A DNA stretch of 64,000 nucleotides, from assembly GCA_965200315.1 (NCBI GenBank), contig OZ241362.1:3360001-3424000 (forward strand), given 5' to 3'. Positions 62,275 through 64,000 of the stretch are shown here, piece by piece. Position 1 is the stretch's first letter. Each line of letters begins with the position of its first letter. Under the pieces are notes generated by a model that saw only the letters and a list, made by a program, of their open reading frames with translations, searched no databases and had not been told where the DNA came from. Both the position numbers and the translations under genes were made by a program. The stretch comes from Candidatus Latescibacterota bacterium (GTDB lineage Bacteria > Latescibacterota > UBA2968 > UBA8231).

Positions 62275-63228
62275 TCATCTCGGTCGGTAGGGGCTAGTAT
62301 CAATGCCGGGTAGGGTATGCTCCAAAAGGTCTAGGGTTTGGCTCGTGAAGTACGGGTGTCCGGGTTCGGGCCAGCCGAATAGGCCGCGCACTCGGGGTGT
62401 GGTGGCCGTGAAAAACGGCAGCATGTGTTCGCGTTCTCCGTAGATGAAGGGATTGGCGAACCGGGTCCAGCGATCGTTGTCGCGGCGGCATAAAGACAAA
62501 GTCCAAAAGGCGCGTTGCGTGCGCTTGTTGGCGAAGGGTTGCGCCGCGTGGACTAGGTACGACGAGTAGAAGAGGGCCGCGCCACGCCGGCCAGTGGAGG
62601 GGAGCGGAGCGGCTAGTTCGGTGGCTTGGCGCAGGTCTTTGAAGGACCCACCCGCGGCGTTGTCTTGGGCAAGCGCTCGCACAAAAGCGGGACCAGCTAC
62701 TTTGTGCGAGCCGGGGATGACCAGCATGGGGGCACCGTCGTTCTCGACATCGTGCAGATACACCCCCGAATTGACGTAGTCGAAACGGCCTGTTTGGTCG
62801 TAGGGCGGCAGTAGGCAATTGGTGTAGTGGTCAATATGGTAGCCCTCCCAAGGGTTGTCGGGATGACGCCTGTCGGTAGGCCCCGAGCGCATAAAGAGGT
62901 GGGCATTGCAGTAGCTGGCTTTTGCCCCCAAGCATTGTTCAAAAATGTCGAGGTAGGTCTCGTTTTCTATCAGCCGATCCAGAGCTTTTGCGCCCACTGG
63001 AAATTGCGAGCGGCCCTCGGAGTGATCGTGCGTGGTGGTGAAGCCGTCCGAGACCCCAGAGGCGTCGCCGCGGTCGCAATCGGCCAGCCATTGCTCGAAG
63101 GATTGGCCGTAGAAAATCCGTTCCATCGCTGCTAGGGCGGCATCCATCTCATCGGCAGTGAACAGGTCGGGGACGATGATATAGCCGTCGCGGTGGAATT
63201 GGTCGAGTTGGGCTGGTGTTAGGCTCAT
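62275..63228 (-). CDS. PhyH family dioxygenase
   Basis: FHRDGY, YHID, VIPGSH, LVHAA. Confidence 0.88.
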   Translation of the reverse strand: MSLTPAQLDQFHRDGYIIVPDLFTADEMDAALAAMERIFYGQSFEQWLADCDRGDASGVSDGFTTTHDHSEGRSQFPVGAKALDRLIENETYLDIFEQCLGAKASYCNAHLFMRSGPTDRRHPDNPWEGYHIDHYTNCLLPPYDQTGRFDYVNSGVYLHDVENDGAPMLVIPGSHKVAGPAFVRALAQDNAAGGSFKDLRQATELAAPLPSTGRRGAALFYSSYLVHAAQPFANKRTQRAFWTLSLCRRDNDRWTRFANPFIYGEREHMLPFFTATTPRVRGLFGWPEPGHPYFTSQTLDLLEHTLPGIDTSPYRPR

Positions 63229-63278
63229 AAGGTCTCGATATAGTATAGGTTGAGGTTGGTTTTCAGGCGGTTGGTGGT

Positions 63279-63306
63279 AAGATACCGCACTCGACTAGCG
63301 AGTCAA
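63279..63306 (-). promoter_or_regulatory. Putative sigma70 promoter of the PhyH gene
   Basis: TTGACT-N16-TATCTT on the minus strand. Confidence 0.45.
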
Positions 63307-63340
63307 CTAAAGGAGGAAGCGAGCTTTTCCCCTTCGCCTT

Positions 63341-63368
63341 TGAACCTGTATTTTCCGGGCGGCGTCTT
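63341..63368 (+). promoter_or_regulatory. Putative ECF-sigma promoter
   Basis: TGAACC-N16-CGTCTT, 18 nt before ATG 63387; fits the AAC/CGT pattern of ECF promoters. Confidence 0.6.
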
Positions 63369-63386
63369 TATTTGCAGAGAGCCTCA

Positions 63387-64000
63387 ATGCAAATACCAGA
63401 CCCACAACTCATAGCGCAAATAAAAAACCGCGATGCACGTGCGTTCCAACAGTTGTTTGAGCGCTATCGGGAGCAGGTCCACCAACTGATGGAACTAGAT
63501 TTTGATGGCGATCAAATCGAGGTATTTTTGCCCCTCACTGAGGAAGCCCAGACCGAAGCCGAGACCGCGCTGTCGGTGGGCGGACACATACAGCGCGATG
63601 CGGATATATGGCACTACGTGGCCGACAACTACCACGGCATGATATGGGGCTTGGCGCAGTTGTGCCGCACGGAGGAAGGCCGCGCCGAAGTGGAGCGGCT
63701 GACCGGAGTGGCTGTGGATGGCAGCCGGCTGTTTGCCAAGCACGACCTCAACCGCTTGCTAGCTCAGGTGTTGCAACGCGAGGGTTTGCAGCGAGCGCTG
63801 GAGGTGCTCGACCAGCTAACGCGGCGCGGCTTTGAGGTCTGCAAGCAGTCGGGGGCCTCCTTCAATCCCTTTCTCGGTTCGAGCAAGGAGTGGCCTGAGC
63901 AACCCGAGGAGGCCGATTGGGACGAGTGGCAAATGTACAGCGACGAGTTAGTGGCAGCTTTCTACCATCAGGCCGATTTCGACGACAACGACTTGGGCCC
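63387..64000 (+). CDS. ECF sigma-factor N-terminus fused to a divergent RNA polymerase beta-prime catalytic segment (3' end outside window)
   Basis: Open for 204 codons to the window edge: MQIPDPQLIAQIKNRDARAFQQLFERYREQVHQL|MELDFDGDQIEVFLPLTEEAQTEA...HGMIWGLAQL...KHDLNRLLAQVLQREGLQRALEVLDQLTRRGFEVCKQSGASF. Confidence 0.8.
   Translation, partial: MQIPDPQLIAQIKNRDARAFQQLFERYREQVHQLMELDFDGDQIEVFLPLTEEAQTEAETALSVGGHIQRDADIWHYVADNYHGMIWGLAQLCRTEEGRAEVERLTGVAVDGSRLFAKHDLNRLLAQVLQREGLQRALEVLDQLTRRGFEVCKQSGASFNPFLGSSKEWPEQPEEADWDEWQMYSDELVAAFYHQADFDDNDLG

Noticed and set aside
63387-64000. Housekeeping rpoC
   Set aside because: DFDGD lies at residue 38 rather than ~460, the motif reads ELDFDGD not NADFDGD, divergence is high, and there is no rpoB upstream

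Overview
GC-rich bacterial chromosome segment (genetic code 11). I saw no rRNA, tRNA, CRISPR array or intact transposase. It carries housekeeping and repair genes (fhs, katG, topB, tag, comM/yifB, a TrmH-family methylase, an EndoQ-UvrD fusion, a LpoB envelope operon) and many catabolic enzymes (five PhyH-type Fe/2OG dioxygenases, Gfo/Idh/MocA oxidoreductases, a sulfatase, UxuA/UxuB-like enzymes, PhnY). This repertoire suggests a marine or sponge-associated Latescibacterota/Poribacteria-like heterotroph (inference only). At least ten gene remnants are broken by nonsense codons, frameshifts or clean deletions, and several are missing from the ORF track. The most striking feature is also missing from the track because it runs off the right edge. 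An ORF from 63387, preceded by an ECF-type promoter, joins an ECF sigma-factor N-terminus in frame to a divergent, compact RNA polymerase beta-prime segment containing the catalytic DFDGD motif. Other oddities: a CLC protein lacking both key glutamates, a Kv-like channel with a TGGYAD filter and a beta-repeat insert, an HxA-motif PhyH enzyme, and a ~90-bp dispersed repeat. All family calls come from motif recognition by eye; no searches were run.
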